From assembly GCA_044224875.1 (NCBI GenBank), contig JBGAJQ010000014.1, positions 27,350-91,349 of the forward strand: a DNA stretch of 64,000 nt, written 5' to 3'. Origin of the DNA: Gemmatimonadaceae bacterium (GTDB lineage Bacteria > Gemmatimonadota > Gemmatimonadetes > Gemmatimonadales > Gemmatimonadaceae). Under the pieces are notes generated by a model. That model was not told where the DNA came from, did not search any database, and worked only from the letters and a program-made list of their open reading frames with translations. Made by a program: the position numbers and the translations under genes. This document shows positions 27,685 through 38,144 of the stretch, piece after piece; positions within the stretch are counted from its first letter, which is position 1, and each line of letters opens with the position of its first letter.

Positions 27685-28720
27685 CTAGGTCTTTGCGTCG
27701 TTGAGGCCATACCGCATGATGGCGGCGTGGCGACCGCCTTTCACGCGTTCCAGTTCATACACATCACCGGTTGGCCCTGCGGCGCGTGCCAGCAGGGAGG
27801 TCAGAAGTTGGTGATGTTCGGGTTCGAGCCGTAAGTCGAGGGCGCCCTTGGTTGCAGCCAGATGGATGAGGTTGCGGGCGCCGACGATGACGCTGCTCAC
27901 GTTGGGTTGGTCGAGCACCCACCGAATGGCGATTGACCCGATTGAAGCCTGCACGGACCGCGCGATGTCGTCCAGGGAGCGCAGGAGTTGTTGAAAGAGC
28001 CCCCAACCACCGAATTCCTCGATGATCAGCCGGTACTTGGTGAGGGATCGATTTTCCAGCGGCGCCGTGGGATCAGGTGCGCCAAGCCAACGTTCTGACA
28101 AGAAGCCACCTGCCAGCCCGCCGTAGCAGAGCATGGTGAACCCGAGGGTGGAGGCGAGGGCAGTCATTGCAGCTGCCGGCCGTCGGTCGAGCAGTGAGTA
28201 CTGCACCTGGTGTGTGGCCACAGGAATTCCAGCTGCAACCAAGTCCGCCACGTGTGTACTGTCGAAGTTGGTCAGCCCAATGAAGAACTCCCTGCTCGCG
28301 AAGTCGTAGCAGCGCACCGGCCGCTTGCACCGCGCCTTCGATGTCGTAATCCCACCAGTGCAGCTGCACCAGGTCGATCGTCTCCACGCCGAGGCGTTGC
28401 CGAGAGCGGTGCACGATGCGATGGACGTCAGCGGGGGTGAGTCCCAAGAGTGCCTTGAGGTCTGGGACACACTTGGTGTGAATCCGGATGGGAATGGACG
28501 GGTAGGTCGTGCGCCACTGACGGAGGAAGTCGCCGATCAACTCTTCCACACCCGTATAGATGTCGGCACAGTCGAACGCAGTGACGCCCGCCTCGGCGAA
28601 GGCAAACATGTCGCGAATCGCGGCAGCGCGGTCAACGGGACCGTGACCTCCCGCGAGTTGCCAGCCGCCCTTGATGAGGCGAGGGAGCGATGCGCCCGAC
28701 GCCAGCGTGACGGTGTCCAT
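27685..28720 (-). pseudogene. Aldo/keto reductase split by a frameshift at about 28282 (pseudogene or sequence error)
   Basis: The N-half (GGWQLAG, FDCADIY, DLVQLHWW) and the C-half (IGLTNFD, HQVQYSLLDRRP, YGGLAGG, VIVGAR) are in different frames; junction gga gtt ctt c|att ggg ctg. Confidence 0.85.
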
Positions 28721-29056
28721 CTAGCGTTGGACGACGGTCACTTCGCTGTGCCTGAACACGCGTGTGCCGATCCGAGTGATGCGAAAGCGACCGCCGCAGT
28801 TGGGGTCGGGGCAGGCGACCTCGGTGTCGGTGGTCATCCAGTCATTCTGATCCGTCTGACGTTGCTTGGCGGGAAGGAGGGGGAGGAGCGCGGCCAGGGG
28901 ATAGAGGGGAAACGTCTGGCCGGGAGGAAACGTGAGGTTCTCTCCCGAGAGCTCAAACCAATCGCCTGGACGATGATTGCAGACCATCGGGCGATCGGTC
29001 GCGACGACTTCGATCCGAAGATCATAGAGCGAAAAGGAATCGTCGGTGGCTGTCAT
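28721..29056 (-). CDS. TIGR04076-family small Cys-containing protein
   Basis: YDLRIEV, VCNH, LAALLPLLPAKQR, DWM and CPDPNC motifs; strong SD AAAGGAG; abuts the AKR gene. Confidence 0.75.
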   Translation of the reverse strand: MTATDDSFSLYDLRIEVVATDRPMVCNHRPGDWFELSGENLTFPPGQTFPLYPLAALLPLLPAKQRQTDQNDWMTTDTEVACPDPNCGGRFRITRIGTRVFRHSEVTVVQR

Positions 29057-29097
29057 GCGGTCTCCTTTCCGGAAGGTCGGAAGGGTATGATAACGCC

Positions 29098-30489
29098 GTG
29101 AGCAACCGACTCGACTTTCGCGGTGGTGTTGTTGGCGCGTTGGCGCCGTTCGCGCTGTTCTTGTGGGGTGTGGGGTGGCTGGCGCTCACCGGAGCGCCTG
29201 ACGAGCGGGGGTTCTGGCCGGTGTTGCTGGCGTCGCTCACCCTCGGCTTGGTGCTGGCGCGCGATCGCACGCGATTCTGCGAGGTGGTGTTGGAAGGAAT
29301 GAGCCAGCCGATCGTGATGGTGATGATCTTGGCCTGGCTACTGGCTGGCGTGCTCGGCGCGGTATTGGCGGCGTCGGGATTCGTGGAGTCCTTGGTGTGG
29401 CTGGCTCGGGAGTCCGGGCTCCGAGGGGCGGGCTACGTGGTGGCGGCGTTCCTGGCGTGCGCGGTGGTTTCAACCGCTACGGGGACGAGTTTCGGCACCA
29501 TGCTGCTGGCGGGACCGCTGCTGTATCCGGCCGGTGCCGGCGTGGGCGCCGATCCAGCCATTCTCATAGGGGCCATACTTGGCGGCGCGACGTTCGGAGA
29601 CAGTGTGTCGCCGGTCTCCGATACCACCATTGCATCGGCGGGGACGCAGGCGGCGGATATCGGAGGCGTGGTCCGGAGTCGGGCAAAGTACGCGGTGCCG
29701 GCCGGGCTGCTGGCGATCGCCGGCCTGGCGGCGATGAGCCTAACGAGTGGCACGGGCGCAACGGGCGTGGCGGCGACCCTGCCGGGCGTTTCACCGCGTG
29801 GGATTCCCATGCTGCTGATTCCGTTGGTCGTGATCGGGTTGCTGCTGGCTCGCCGTCACCTGCTCGAAGGGCTTCTGTTCGGAATTCTCGCGGCGATCGC
29901 CCTGGCCTTGGCCGCGGGGCTCACGTCTGCGGACAAGCTCATGTACATCGATCGTGCGTCATTCGGAGCGAGAGGGATCGTGCTGGATGGAATGAATCGA
30001 GGCATTGGCGCTTCGATCTTCACCATCTTGCTGGTCGGACTTGTCGCCTCGCTTCAGGCCACGGGAATTCTCGAGCGTGTTGTCCTGTGGGCGACTCGCA
30101 CGGGCACCTCGGCGCGTGGCACGGAGATCTGGATTGTCTCTGCCGTGACGGCGGCGGTGCTCCTGACCACACATAGCATTGTTGCCATCCTGGCCGTTGG
30201 TCAGATGACGAAGTCGAGTGGTGAGCGCATCGGGCTGAGTGCGTACCGTCGTGCGAATCTTCTCGACCTGACGGTCTGCATCTGGCCGTTCCTGCTGCCT
30301 TACTGCATTCCGACGATCCTCGCGTCCAGTGCGAGCGCCAGTGGAACCGCGTTCGGCATGCCGCGGATTTCGCCCTTTCAAGCCGGCATGCACAACACGT
30401 ATTCGTGGGCGCTGATCGTTGTGGTCGTTGTGGCGGTGACGACCGGCTATGGTCGCGGCGAGGCGGCGAAGGGCCAGATTACGCGCTAG
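29098..30489 (+). CDS. NhaC-family antiporter/transporter
   Basis: STATGTSFGT and GATFGDSVSPVSDTTI motifs; many TM segments. Confidence 0.88.
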   Translation: MSNRLDFRGGVVGALAPFALFLWGVGWLALTGAPDERGFWPVLLASLTLGLVLARDRTRFCEVVLEGMSQPIVMVMILAWLLAGVLGAVLAASGFVESLVWLARESGLRGAGYVVAAFLACAVVSTATGTSFGTMLLAGPLLYPAGAGVGADPAILIGAILGGATFGDSVSPVSDTTIASAGTQAADIGGVVRSRAKYAVPAGLLAIAGLAAMSLTSGTGATGVAATLPGVSPRGIPMLLIPLVVIGLLLARRHLLEGLLFGILAAIALALAAGLTSADKLMYIDRASFGARGIVLDGMNRGIGASIFTILLVGLVASLQATGILERVVLWATRTGTSARGTEIWIVSAVTAAVLLTTHSIVAILAVGQMTKSSGERIGLSAYRRANLLDLTVCIWPFLLPYCIPTILASSASASGTAFGMPRISPFQAGMHNTYSWALIVVVVVAVTTGYGRGEAAKGQITR

Positions 30490-30946
30490 GTGCAGGGGGC
30501 TCGGGCACGCTCTCGAGTGCAGTCGCGTATCGTGGGTCGAGCGGGGTGAGCTCGACCCGAGTCCGCAACACGTGCAGGTCAGCGAGGGCTTCCGCACTGA
30601 GTTCGACGTTCCGAATGCGTGCCTCGAGGAGCAGCTCAAGGGCGCGACGTTCGATCTCTCGGGCAGCGACGGGATGTCCCGTCAAGTGCAACAACTCGGC
30701 GTCCTGCCTCAGCAGGAGCGCCCACGACACGACCATCCGAGGGTCGCTCAACAATCCGGCGGCGGTGCGGGTATCCATCAGCGGTGCGACCTGTGCCGAT
30801 GGCCCCAAAAGTTCACCAATGGCAGCGTGCAGCTCCTGGCGCGCGCCAATGAGGTCCCCGGTATTCTTGCGACGCAGCATGCGCGCGATCGCCGCGGCGA
30901 CCTGCTGCATCATGCGAAGGAGATAGTCCTGTTGTGACGAGGGCAT
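30479..30946 (-). CDS. Hypothetical helical protein
   Basis: Starts MPSSQQDYLLRMMQQ after an AGGAG SD; fills the gap downstream of hrpB. Confidence 0.7.
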   Translation of the reverse strand: MPSSQQDYLLRMMQQVAAAIARMLRRKNTGDLIGARQELHAAIGELLGPSAQVAPLMDTRTAAGLLSDPRMVVSWALLLRQDAELLHLTGHPVAAREIERRALELLLEARIRNVELSAEALADLHVLRTRVELTPLDPRYATALESVPEPPAPSA

Positions 30947-30989
30947 GTGCACTCCTGCCTGTCGAGGGTCTCAGTCAGCTCACTGAATG

Positions 30990-33554
30990 CTACTTGGGGC
31001 GCTTGGCCCGTCTGGTGGGTTCAGCGGCGAGTGGATCATCGGGCCAGTAGTGTTTAGGGTAGCGCCCTCGCAGGTCTTTTCGCACGTCGAAGTATGACGA
31101 CATCCAAAAACCACGGAGGTCTTGGGTCACCTGAACCGGCCGATGCGCAGGCGACAGGAGATGAAGGGTCACGGGCACGCGACCACGAAAGAGGCGCGGC
31201 GTATCCGATGCGCCGAACATCTCTTGAAGCCGAACGGCAAGCACCGGACTCGTGGGGTCCGAGTAGTCCACCGGAATCCGCGATCCCGTGGGAACAGTGA
31301 GGTGTGAGGGGGCGAGTTCATCCAAGGTTGCGCGCTGCCGCCAGTCGAGCAGGCTCGCCAAAGCTTCGGCCAAGTCGATCTTGTTCACGTCAGCTCCACG
31401 CCGGACTTCCTCCAGTCGAGGTCCGAGCCAGTGGTCGAGACCATCGATCAGTACCCGATCTGCCACGCTGGGCCACGCGGGATCGAGGAGGTGTGCGAAC
31501 GCCAAGCGTTGGCGGAAGGAGATCGCCGCGTCGGTCCAGGGTAGGATGGAGAGTCCGCGCCGCGCGATCTCGGAACGCATCGCTGCGCGAACGAGGGCGG
31601 GATTCGGGTCTGACAGATGCGAGGATTCGAGGACGAGCGCTCCGAGTCGCGTCTCGCGCGTCGCACGAATCTCTCCCCGTTCGGCGTCCCAGACGATGAC
31701 ATCGTGGGTGCGGATGTCGGAGGCAAACTCCCTTCGAATGACCTCCTCTGCGATGGGTGCGGCGAGAAATACCGTGGCCTCCGGTCGTTTGCCGTCGGTG
31801 GCGGCGATCGCCAGCATCGGTTCGGCCCCCAAGTGGTCACCCTCCCGTACCAGGGCCGCTCCGCCTCCGCGTAACGCAAAGCGCGAGGTGCTCCCGGCGC
31901 GTCGCAGCCCGATGCGGTCTGGGTAAGCCAAGGCCACGAGGACACCGGTCCATTCACTGTGGTCTTGTCCGTCAACCACACCAAGATCGCGTCTCCATCG
32001 GTTGGCCACGTCGCGCACGCGGTGAACGGCGCGCGCATCGATCTCGGGGAAACTCCGCGGACTACGCAGGCCCTCCAGACGGAGACGGATGTCGCAAGGT
32101 GGCGGGGTGTCGCCGGATCGCATGATGTCCCGGTCATCCAGGAGCGCGGCGAGATCGGCGCCTAACGCGCCAACCCCGCGGTCGGTGGCGGCGCACATCA
32201 TATGTGCAAGGCGTGGGTGCGCTCCAAGCGTTGCCATGCGACGTCCATGGGGGGTCGCGCGCGACGCAGGATCGATGGCGCCGAGTTCGAGAAGCAGTTC
32301 CCGAGCTTGCGCCAGTGCGGTGGCCGGCGGCACGTCGAGCCAGCGGAGTTCCGTGGGGTCGCCAATACCCGCGATCGCCAGATCCAGCGCCAGCGCGGCG
32401 AGGTCGGCATCGAGGATTTCCGGAGTCTGGAACGGCACGAGTTCAGCCGTTTCGTGCGCGTGCCACAGACGATAGCAAACACCCGGTGCTTCGCGCCCGG
32501 CGCGTCCGCGACGTTGGTCTGCGCCCGCCCGCGTCACACGAACTGTTTGCAGGCGTGACATGCCCGTGGCCGGTGAGAAGCGTGGCACGCGCGCCAATCC
32601 ACCGTCAACTACAACACGCACACCCTCGATGGTAAGGCTCGTCTCGGCGATCGATGTCGCCAACACGATCTTTCGCGTTCTGTCGGCCGACGCCGCGATG
32701 GCCCGGTCTTGTTCTTCGAGCGTGAGCGCGCCATGCAGTGGGACGATGTACGTACCGGCCGGGAGTGTCCGTTCAGCGAGCGCCCTCGCTGCGTCATGGA
32801 TTTCGCGTGTTCCTGGAAGGAAGACGAGCACGTCGCCGCGATGCTCGTGCACGGCCCGCGTAACGACTTCGGGCACGCGAGTGAGTGGAGAAGTGCCCGG
32901 CCGTGGCGGATCGTAACGGGTCTCGACGGGGAACAGGTGACCTTCTGACTGCACCATCGGTGCGTTACCCAACACCGCGGCCACTCGCGATCCATCGAGC
33001 GTCGCCGACATGACGAGGATGCGTAGGTCTGGTCGAACGAGTTCCTGGGAGTAGAGCGTGAGCGCCAGTGCGACATCGGAGTTGAGCGAGCGCTCGTGGA
33101 ATTCATCAAGGATGACGAGACCGATTCCGTCCAATGCTGGATCCGCGTGCAGCTGTCGGATCAGGACGCCTTCAGTGACGACCTCGATTCTCGTATGTCG
33201 CGAGACGCGGGAGTCGCCGCGTACCCGGTAACCGACCAACGAGCCGACGTCCTCGCCCCTCAGCCTGGACATCCGCTGGGCGGCTGCTCGCGCGGCGATG
33301 CGGCGCGGCTCCAGCATGATGACTCGCTTGCCGCCTAACCATCGTTCGTCGAGCAAGGCTAGCGGTACGTGGGTGGTCTTTCCGGCTCCGGGTGGAGCCT
33401 GCAAGACGGCGCAGGACTGCCCTCCGAGTACACGCTTGAGCTCGGGCAGGATGTCGTCAACCGGTAGTACGTCGCGAGGGGACACAGCAGCCAAGTTCTG
33501 CCGCAGGAGCGCAAAGTGGAAGCGCATCTCGCGAGAATGCGAGGTCGGCAGCAA
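30990..33554 (-). CDS. hrpB: ATP-dependent DEAH RNA helicase HrpB (likely start GTG 33485)
   Basis: APPGAGKTT, DEFHER, MSATL, ATSIAETSLTI and QRRGRAGR motifs; HrpB C-terminal LRGRYPKHYWP. Confidence 0.96.
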   Translation of the reverse strand: MLPTSHSREMRFHFALLRQNLAAVSPRDVLPVDDILPELKRVLGGQSCAVLQAPPGAGKTTHVPLALLDERWLGGKRVIMLEPRRIAARAAAQRMSRLRGEDVGSLVGYRVRGDSRVSRHTRIEVVTEGVLIRQLHADPALDGIGLVILDEFHERSLNSDVALALTLYSQELVRPDLRILVMSATLDGSRVAAVLGNAPMVQSEGHLFPVETRYDPPRPGTSPLTRVPEVVTRAVHEHRGDVLVFLPGTREIHDAARALAERTLPAGTYIVPLHGALTLEEQDRAIAASADRTRKIVLATSIAETSLTIEGVRVVVDGGLARVPRFSPATGMSRLQTVRVTRAGADQRRGRAGREAPGVCYRLWHAHETAELVPFQTPEILDADLAALALDLAIAGIGDPTELRWLDVPPATALAQARELLLELGAIDPASRATPHGRRMATLGAHPRLAHMMCAATDRGVGALGADLAALLDDRDIMRSGDTPPPCDIRLRLEGLRSPRSFPEIDARAVHRVRDVANRWRRDLGVVDGQDHSEWTGVLVALAYPDRIGLRRAGSTSRFALRGGGAALVREGDHLGAEPMLAIAATDGKRPEATVFLAAPIAEEVIRREFASDIRTHDVIVWDAERGEIRATRETRLGALVLESSHLSDPNPALVRAAMRSEIARRGLSILPWTDAAISFRQRLAFAHLLDPAWPSVADRVLIDGLDHWLGPRLEEVRRGADVNKIDLAEALASLLDWRQRATLDELAPSHLTVPTGSRIPVDYSDPTSPVLAVRLQEMFGASDTPRLFRGRVPVTLHLLSPAHRPVQVTQDLRGFWMSSYFDVRKDLRGRYPKHYWPDDPLAAEPTRRAKRPK

Positions 33555-33614
33555 GATTCACCGCGATGTACATGAGCCAGTGCAGTTCCCCGATCACCTT
33601 GTGGCAGGTTGCAC

Positions 33615-34505
33615 GTGCCTGAGCTGCCGGACGTCCAACTGTACGTGGAGGCATTGAGAGATCGCGTGGTCGGACACGCGCTCACGAGCGTTCGGCTCTC
33701 CAGTCCCTTCGTGCTGCGGAGCGTGGAGCCGCCCATTTCGGCAATTGTTGGCCGACACGTGCGCGGTGCGGATCGCCTGGGTAAGCGAATAGTCATGGCG
33801 TTCGACGGCGAGTTCTATGCCGTGATCCATCTCATGATCGCCGGACGTTTGCGCTGGCGCCCACCGGGTGGAAAGGCACCGGGCAAGCTTGGCCTGGCAA
33901 CCTTCTCGTTTGCACACGGCGAGTTGATCCTCACTGAGGCAGGGACAAAACGGCGCGCTTCGATACACCTGGTGCTCGGCAAGGAACAACTCGCACATAT
34001 GGATCGCGGCGGACTCGAAGTCATGGGAAGCACGGTGGAGGACTTCGGCCGTCGACTGCGATCGGAGAACCACACGATCAAACGATCACTGACCGATCCA
34101 CGACTATTCAGCGGCATCGGCAACGCGTACTCCGATGAGATCCTTCATCGCGCTCGCATGTCGCCGATGCTCCTGACCTCAAGGATGACGGATGCGCAGA
34201 TCGACACACTGCATCGCGCGACGGTGACCGTGATGGACGAGTGGATCAGGCGATTGCGGGCCGAGGCGAACGGCGGGTTCCCGGAGAAGGTGACCGCCTT
34301 TCGGCCGGAGATGGCGGTGCACGGAAAGTTTCGCCAACCCTGTCCGACGTGTGGTGCGCCCGTGCAGCGGATTCGCTACGCGGACAATGAGACCAACTAC
34401 TGTGCCAAGTGCCAGAACGAAGGACGCGTGTTGGCCGATCGTGCGCTTTCTCGATTGCTGAAGGAGGATTTCCCTCGCACACTGCAGGACATGGGAGAGG
34501 ACTAG
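33615..34505 (+). CDS. Fpg/Nei-family DNA glycosylase/AP lyase
   Basis: GTG start gives PELPDV; HLMIAGR, GIGNAYSDEIL and zinc finger CPTC...CAKCQ. Confidence 0.93.
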   Translation: MPELPDVQLYVEALRDRVVGHALTSVRLSSPFVLRSVEPPISAIVGRHVRGADRLGKRIVMAFDGEFYAVIHLMIAGRLRWRPPGGKAPGKLGLATFSFAHGELILTEAGTKRRASIHLVLGKEQLAHMDRGGLEVMGSTVEDFGRRLRSENHTIKRSLTDPRLFSGIGNAYSDEILHRARMSPMLLTSRMTDAQIDTLHRATVTVMDEWIRRLRAEANGGFPEKVTAFRPEMAVHGKFRQPCPTCGAPVQRIRYADNETNYCAKCQNEGRVLADRALSRLLKEDFPRTLQDMGED

Positions 34506-34611
34506 GCGTGCCGCCAGCGTCGGGTGACTCTTCGCGCTACATTCGAGCAGCCTAGGTGGCGAAGCCGGTGCCTCCGGTAGAACGACACCGAGGATTTGAG
34601 ACGGAGCGACC

Positions 34612-35826
34612 ATGCGACGTTCCTGCCATCGCCTAACGCCGACACCCTTCTACGCGATTCCCGGCCTTGTCTGGGCCATGATGCTACCGCTGGCAAACCT
34701 CTCTGCACAGCGAGGAGCGCCCGCACCGCGCGTGCTTGGGAAGCCGGCGGCGGAGTTGTCGGAGCCGTTTACACAGGTCACGGCGATTCGTGAACTCGCT
34801 GACGGTCGCGTGCTCGTCCTGGATGCGCAGGACAAGAGCATACAAGTCGTCGATTCGCGTTTGGCGACGGTCACCAAAGTTGGTCGTGAAGGGAGAGGGC
34901 CCGGAGAGTATTCGCGACCCCAACAACTGGTCCCGGGTCGCGGGGACTCCACGCTCGTCTACGATGTGGGCGCCTTTCGCTATCTGTGGCTCGAGCCTGG
35001 TGGAAAGCCCGGCGGTACGGTTCCGCTCGTGCTGGCAGGTGATGCGGCGCTGAGTATTCCGGCGATCATTCGCGGCTTTGATCCGCAAGGGAGAATGGTG
35101 TTCCAGACCACGGGCGTCACCATGAAGAATGGTGCCCCCGTTTTCGGCGACTCAACACCGATCGTCCGTCGCGACTTGAAGGGTGGCAAGCTGGACACGA
35201 TTGCCTACGTACATACGGGCGCGTTGGCTCCCAAGATGAGCGGCTCTCCGACGTCCGGCCTGAAGATCAGCGGGACAATGCCCGCGTTCCCTACGGTCGA
35301 TGATTGGGGTGTTCTCCCTGACGGTCGCATCGTTGTCGTTCGCGGGAAGGACTACCACGTCGACGTCGCCACGTCCGCGACGAGCATTCTATCGCTACCG
35401 GCAATCCCGTACGAGCGCTTCAAGGTGACAGAAACCGACAAGGAGAAGATGCGTGAGGCGACGCGAAAGACGCGTGAGCTGGCGAACAAGGCGATCGCCG
35501 ACGCGATGTCGTCTGTGCCAAAGTCGCAGGCACCGCCGAAGGCCCCCACCATGACCATCGACGAGCCCGCATCGTGGCCCACGGAGAAGCCGGCGTTTGG
35601 GCAGGGGGCCGTGACGGTTGCACCTAACGGCCGCGTGTGGGTCCGACGCCACCGGGCGGCGTCGGATACGTTGCCACTCTATGATGTGCTCGACCTCAAA
35701 GGGCGTATCGAGTCGAGGGTGGCGTTGCCGTTCAAGGGTCGCATCGTTGGATTCGGCCGCAGCTGGATGTACGTCGTTCGCATCGATGCCGATGACCTGG
35801 AGTATCTGGAGCGGTTCAAGCTGTAG
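34612..35826 (+). CDS. Hypothetical secreted beta-propeller-like protein (start may be 34678 or 34681)
   Basis: Signal-like segment; IRELADGRVLV, VGREGRGPGEY and PDGRIVV blade-like repeats. Confidence 0.7.
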   Translation: MRRSCHRLTPTPFYAIPGLVWAMMLPLANLSAQRGAPAPRVLGKPAAELSEPFTQVTAIRELADGRVLVLDAQDKSIQVVDSRLATVTKVGREGRGPGEYSRPQQLVPGRGDSTLVYDVGAFRYLWLEPGGKPGGTVPLVLAGDAALSIPAIIRGFDPQGRMVFQTTGVTMKNGAPVFGDSTPIVRRDLKGGKLDTIAYVHTGALAPKMSGSPTSGLKISGTMPAFPTVDDWGVLPDGRIVVVRGKDYHVDVATSATSILSLPAIPYERFKVTETDKEKMREATRKTRELANKAIADAMSSVPKSQAPPKAPTMTIDEPASWPTEKPAFGQGAVTVAPNGRVWVRRHRAASDTLPLYDVLDLKGRIESRVALPFKGRIVGFGRSWMYVVRIDADDLEYLERFKL

Positions 35827-35993
35827 CGGGCAGCGAGGCCTACCGATCGAAGATCTCGTTGGGGGTTGATGCCGGGAGTCAAGGCCCTGGCCTGTCGCTT
35901 GGCGACCCGTTGGTGCTTGCCGCATGGCCTCACCTGAGCGATTCTCCGTAGCGAAGTGGTGGTGGCCGTTGCGCTGCTCCACTTCCCTGATCG

Positions 35994-36707
35994 ATGGACA
36001 TCTACCTTTTCTTCCTCGTCCTTGGTGGCGTTGGACTCGGCGCGATGGCGCTGAGCGGTGTCGCGCACTCCGTTACCCACGGGACGCAGAGCGGCGGTGA
36101 CCACGCTGGCGGCGGCCACGGCGGCAGCCACCACGGAATCGGAAGTCACGGCCACGCGAGCGGCTCGATCGCTGGTGGTCACGGCGGGGCACTCTCTGGA
36201 AGCCATGTGCTCACCGGCACACCCGCCGACGGTGGTGAGAGCGATGCCAGTGACGCCGATGGCGACGGGGGAGGTGGCGTGCTACGCACCGCGCTAGCGG
36301 TCATCTCGCCGCGCATCCTCTTTTCCGTCGTTCTTGGACTCGGCGCCAGTGGCATCGTGCTGCGTCCCCTATTGCCCAGCGTCGTTCTGCCGTTCGCTGC
36401 ATTCGCGGCGGGCGTGGCCTTTGAGCGAGCGATCGTGAATCCGATCTGGAAATTCATGTTCCGCTTCGCATCGCGTCCCGCGGAAACGCTGGAGCATGCG
36501 ATCACGCAACGGGCCCAGGCGGTCACGGCGTTCGACGGCAACGGCCAAGGCCTGGTTGCGGTGGAAGTGGACGGCCAGGTCGTTCAGCTGCTCGCCACGT
36601 TGCGAAGGAGCGACATCGAACTCGGCGTACGCGTTCGATCTGGCGACTTGGTTCGCGTTGAGGATGTCGACCCCGAACGTAACCGCTGCACCGTGTCACG
36701 CGCGTAG
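35994..36707 (+). CDS. NfeD/YuaF-like membrane protein with a His/Gly-rich loop
   Basis: TM segments, His/Gly-rich insert and C-terminal OB-fold-like beta region; directly upstream of an SPFH gene. Confidence 0.7.
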   Translation: MDIYLFFLVLGGVGLGAMALSGVAHSVTHGTQSGGDHAGGGHGGSHHGIGSHGHASGSIAGGHGGALSGSHVLTGTPADGGESDASDADGDGGGGVLRTALAVISPRILFSVVLGLGASGIVLRPLLPSVVLPFAAFAAGVAFERAIVNPIWKFMFRFASRPAETLEHAITQRAQAVTAFDGNGQGLVAVEVDGQVVQLLATLRRSDIELGVRVRSGDLVRVEDVDPERNRCTVSRA

Positions 36708-36752
36708 GATCTGGCGTCGAGTATTCACTCCCTTCTCGTTCTGGACGTATCC

Positions 36753-38090
36753 ATGCCGCAACTTCCATTGAATTGGCTGCTCGTTCCCGGAATCATCCTT
36801 TTCGTTCTTGTGGTGGTTCCTCTTGTCGTCGCTTCGTTCTTGCGAAACGTTGAAGCTGGTACAATTCGGCTGGTGAGCTGGTTGCACGGGGGCACGGTGA
36901 TCTACCGCGGTCCTGGAAAGTCGAAGGAGATCCCCCTACTCACGACGGGGACAACGATCTCGAGCAAGGTCATCAACGTCGACCTCGACATCACGGACCA
37001 AACGGCGGACCTCGACGACGGGGGCACGCCGCGGCCCATCAAGGTGCGCGTGCTGGCGAGCGCCATCGTGTCAGTGGGGGATTCGGATACACTCATCAAG
37101 ACTGCCGCGAACCGATTCTTCTCGAAGAGCGATGCCGACCAGGTGAACACGCTCACCGACCTGCTGTCCAGCTCCGGCCGGCGGGCGATCAACCTGTTGA
37201 CTCATGACCAGCTCTTTTCGGCGAAGGCGACACCTCCGGCTCGCGCGTTAGGCGCTGGCGGCGCTCCGGCTCCGCTCCCGGTCAAGGCCGCGCCAGCGCC
37301 GGTGGCGGTGGTTGCCGGCGATCCGTCGCTGGTCGAGGACGAAGACGATCCGTTGGCCGTGATCATTCGGAAGGCATGCTCTCGGGAGCTCACCGACCTC
37401 GGTTTGATCTTCAATTCACTGAACATCAAGGTGGTGCAGTCTGAAGTTGCCGAAGCGCGTCGTCGGCAATCGGCAGCGGAAGCACAGGCAAACGCGGAAA
37501 TTGTTGCTGCTACGCAGACGCGCCGAGCGAAGGAAGCCCAGCTGGAAGCGGAGCGCGCGATTTCGGACAAGCAACGCGAGCTCGAACAGACGAGGGCTTC
37601 GAACGCGGCCCTCATTGCACAGGCAGAGGCGAAGCGCCAGGAGGCACAGGCTGTACAGCGAGGGGCTGAGCTGGATGCCACGCTGATCGCGCAAGCGAAA
37701 GCAGACGCGGCGCGCGTACGGCTAGAGGCGGAGGCGGCCGCCGACGCCGAGGCGATTCGAATTCGGCGCGTGGCGGATGCCACGGCAGAGAGCATTCAAA
37801 AGGTCAACACCGCAATCCAGCAGGGAGGCGAGAGCTACTTCCGCTATCGGCAGATTGAGATGTTGCCAGAGCTCGCGCCCTCAATCGCTGACGCGCTGGC
37901 GAAGGCGAAGATGGTAACGATTAGCGGCGGTGGAGCTGGTGCGCCGGACACCGCCGCATCCAACGTTGTGAACGTGATCCAGACGGTTCTAGCGGCGCAG
38001 CTCGTCACGAAAGGCGGACTGCTTGGTCCGACGAACGAGCGTGACGATGAGGGCAAGGATACCCCTCCCCCGGCGCCAGGACGTCGTTAG
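36753..38090 (+). CDS. SPFH/flotillin-like protein
   Basis: N-terminal TM; Band-7-like region ending ELTDLGLIFNSLNIK; Ala/Glu-rich coiled coil with AEA repeats. Confidence 0.8.
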   Translation: MPQLPLNWLLVPGIILFVLVVVPLVVASFLRNVEAGTIRLVSWLHGGTVIYRGPGKSKEIPLLTTGTTISSKVINVDLDITDQTADLDDGGTPRPIKVRVLASAIVSVGDSDTLIKTAANRFFSKSDADQVNTLTDLLSSSGRRAINLLTHDQLFSAKATPPARALGAGGAPAPLPVKAAPAPVAVVAGDPSLVEDEDDPLAVIIRKACSRELTDLGLIFNSLNIKVVQSEVAEARRRQSAAEAQANAEIVAATQTRRAKEAQLEAERAISDKQRELEQTRASNAALIAQAEAKRQEAQAVQRGAELDATLIAQAKADAARVRLEAEAAADAEAIRIRRVADATAESIQKVNTAIQQGGESYFRYRQIEMLPELAPSIADALAKAKMVTISGGGAGAPDTAASNVVNVIQTVLAAQLVTKGGLLGPTNERDDEGKDTPPPAPGRR

Positions 38091-38110
38091 GCCTTGGGTG
38101 GGACAACGAG

Positions 38111-38140
38111 AGGGACGGCGACCGTCGGGTCGCCGTCCCT
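38111..38140. terminator. Perfect 13-bp hairpin between convergent genes
   Basis: AGGGACGGCGACC-gtcg-GGTCGCCGTCCCT. Confidence 0.65.
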
Positions 38141-38144
38141 GTCG

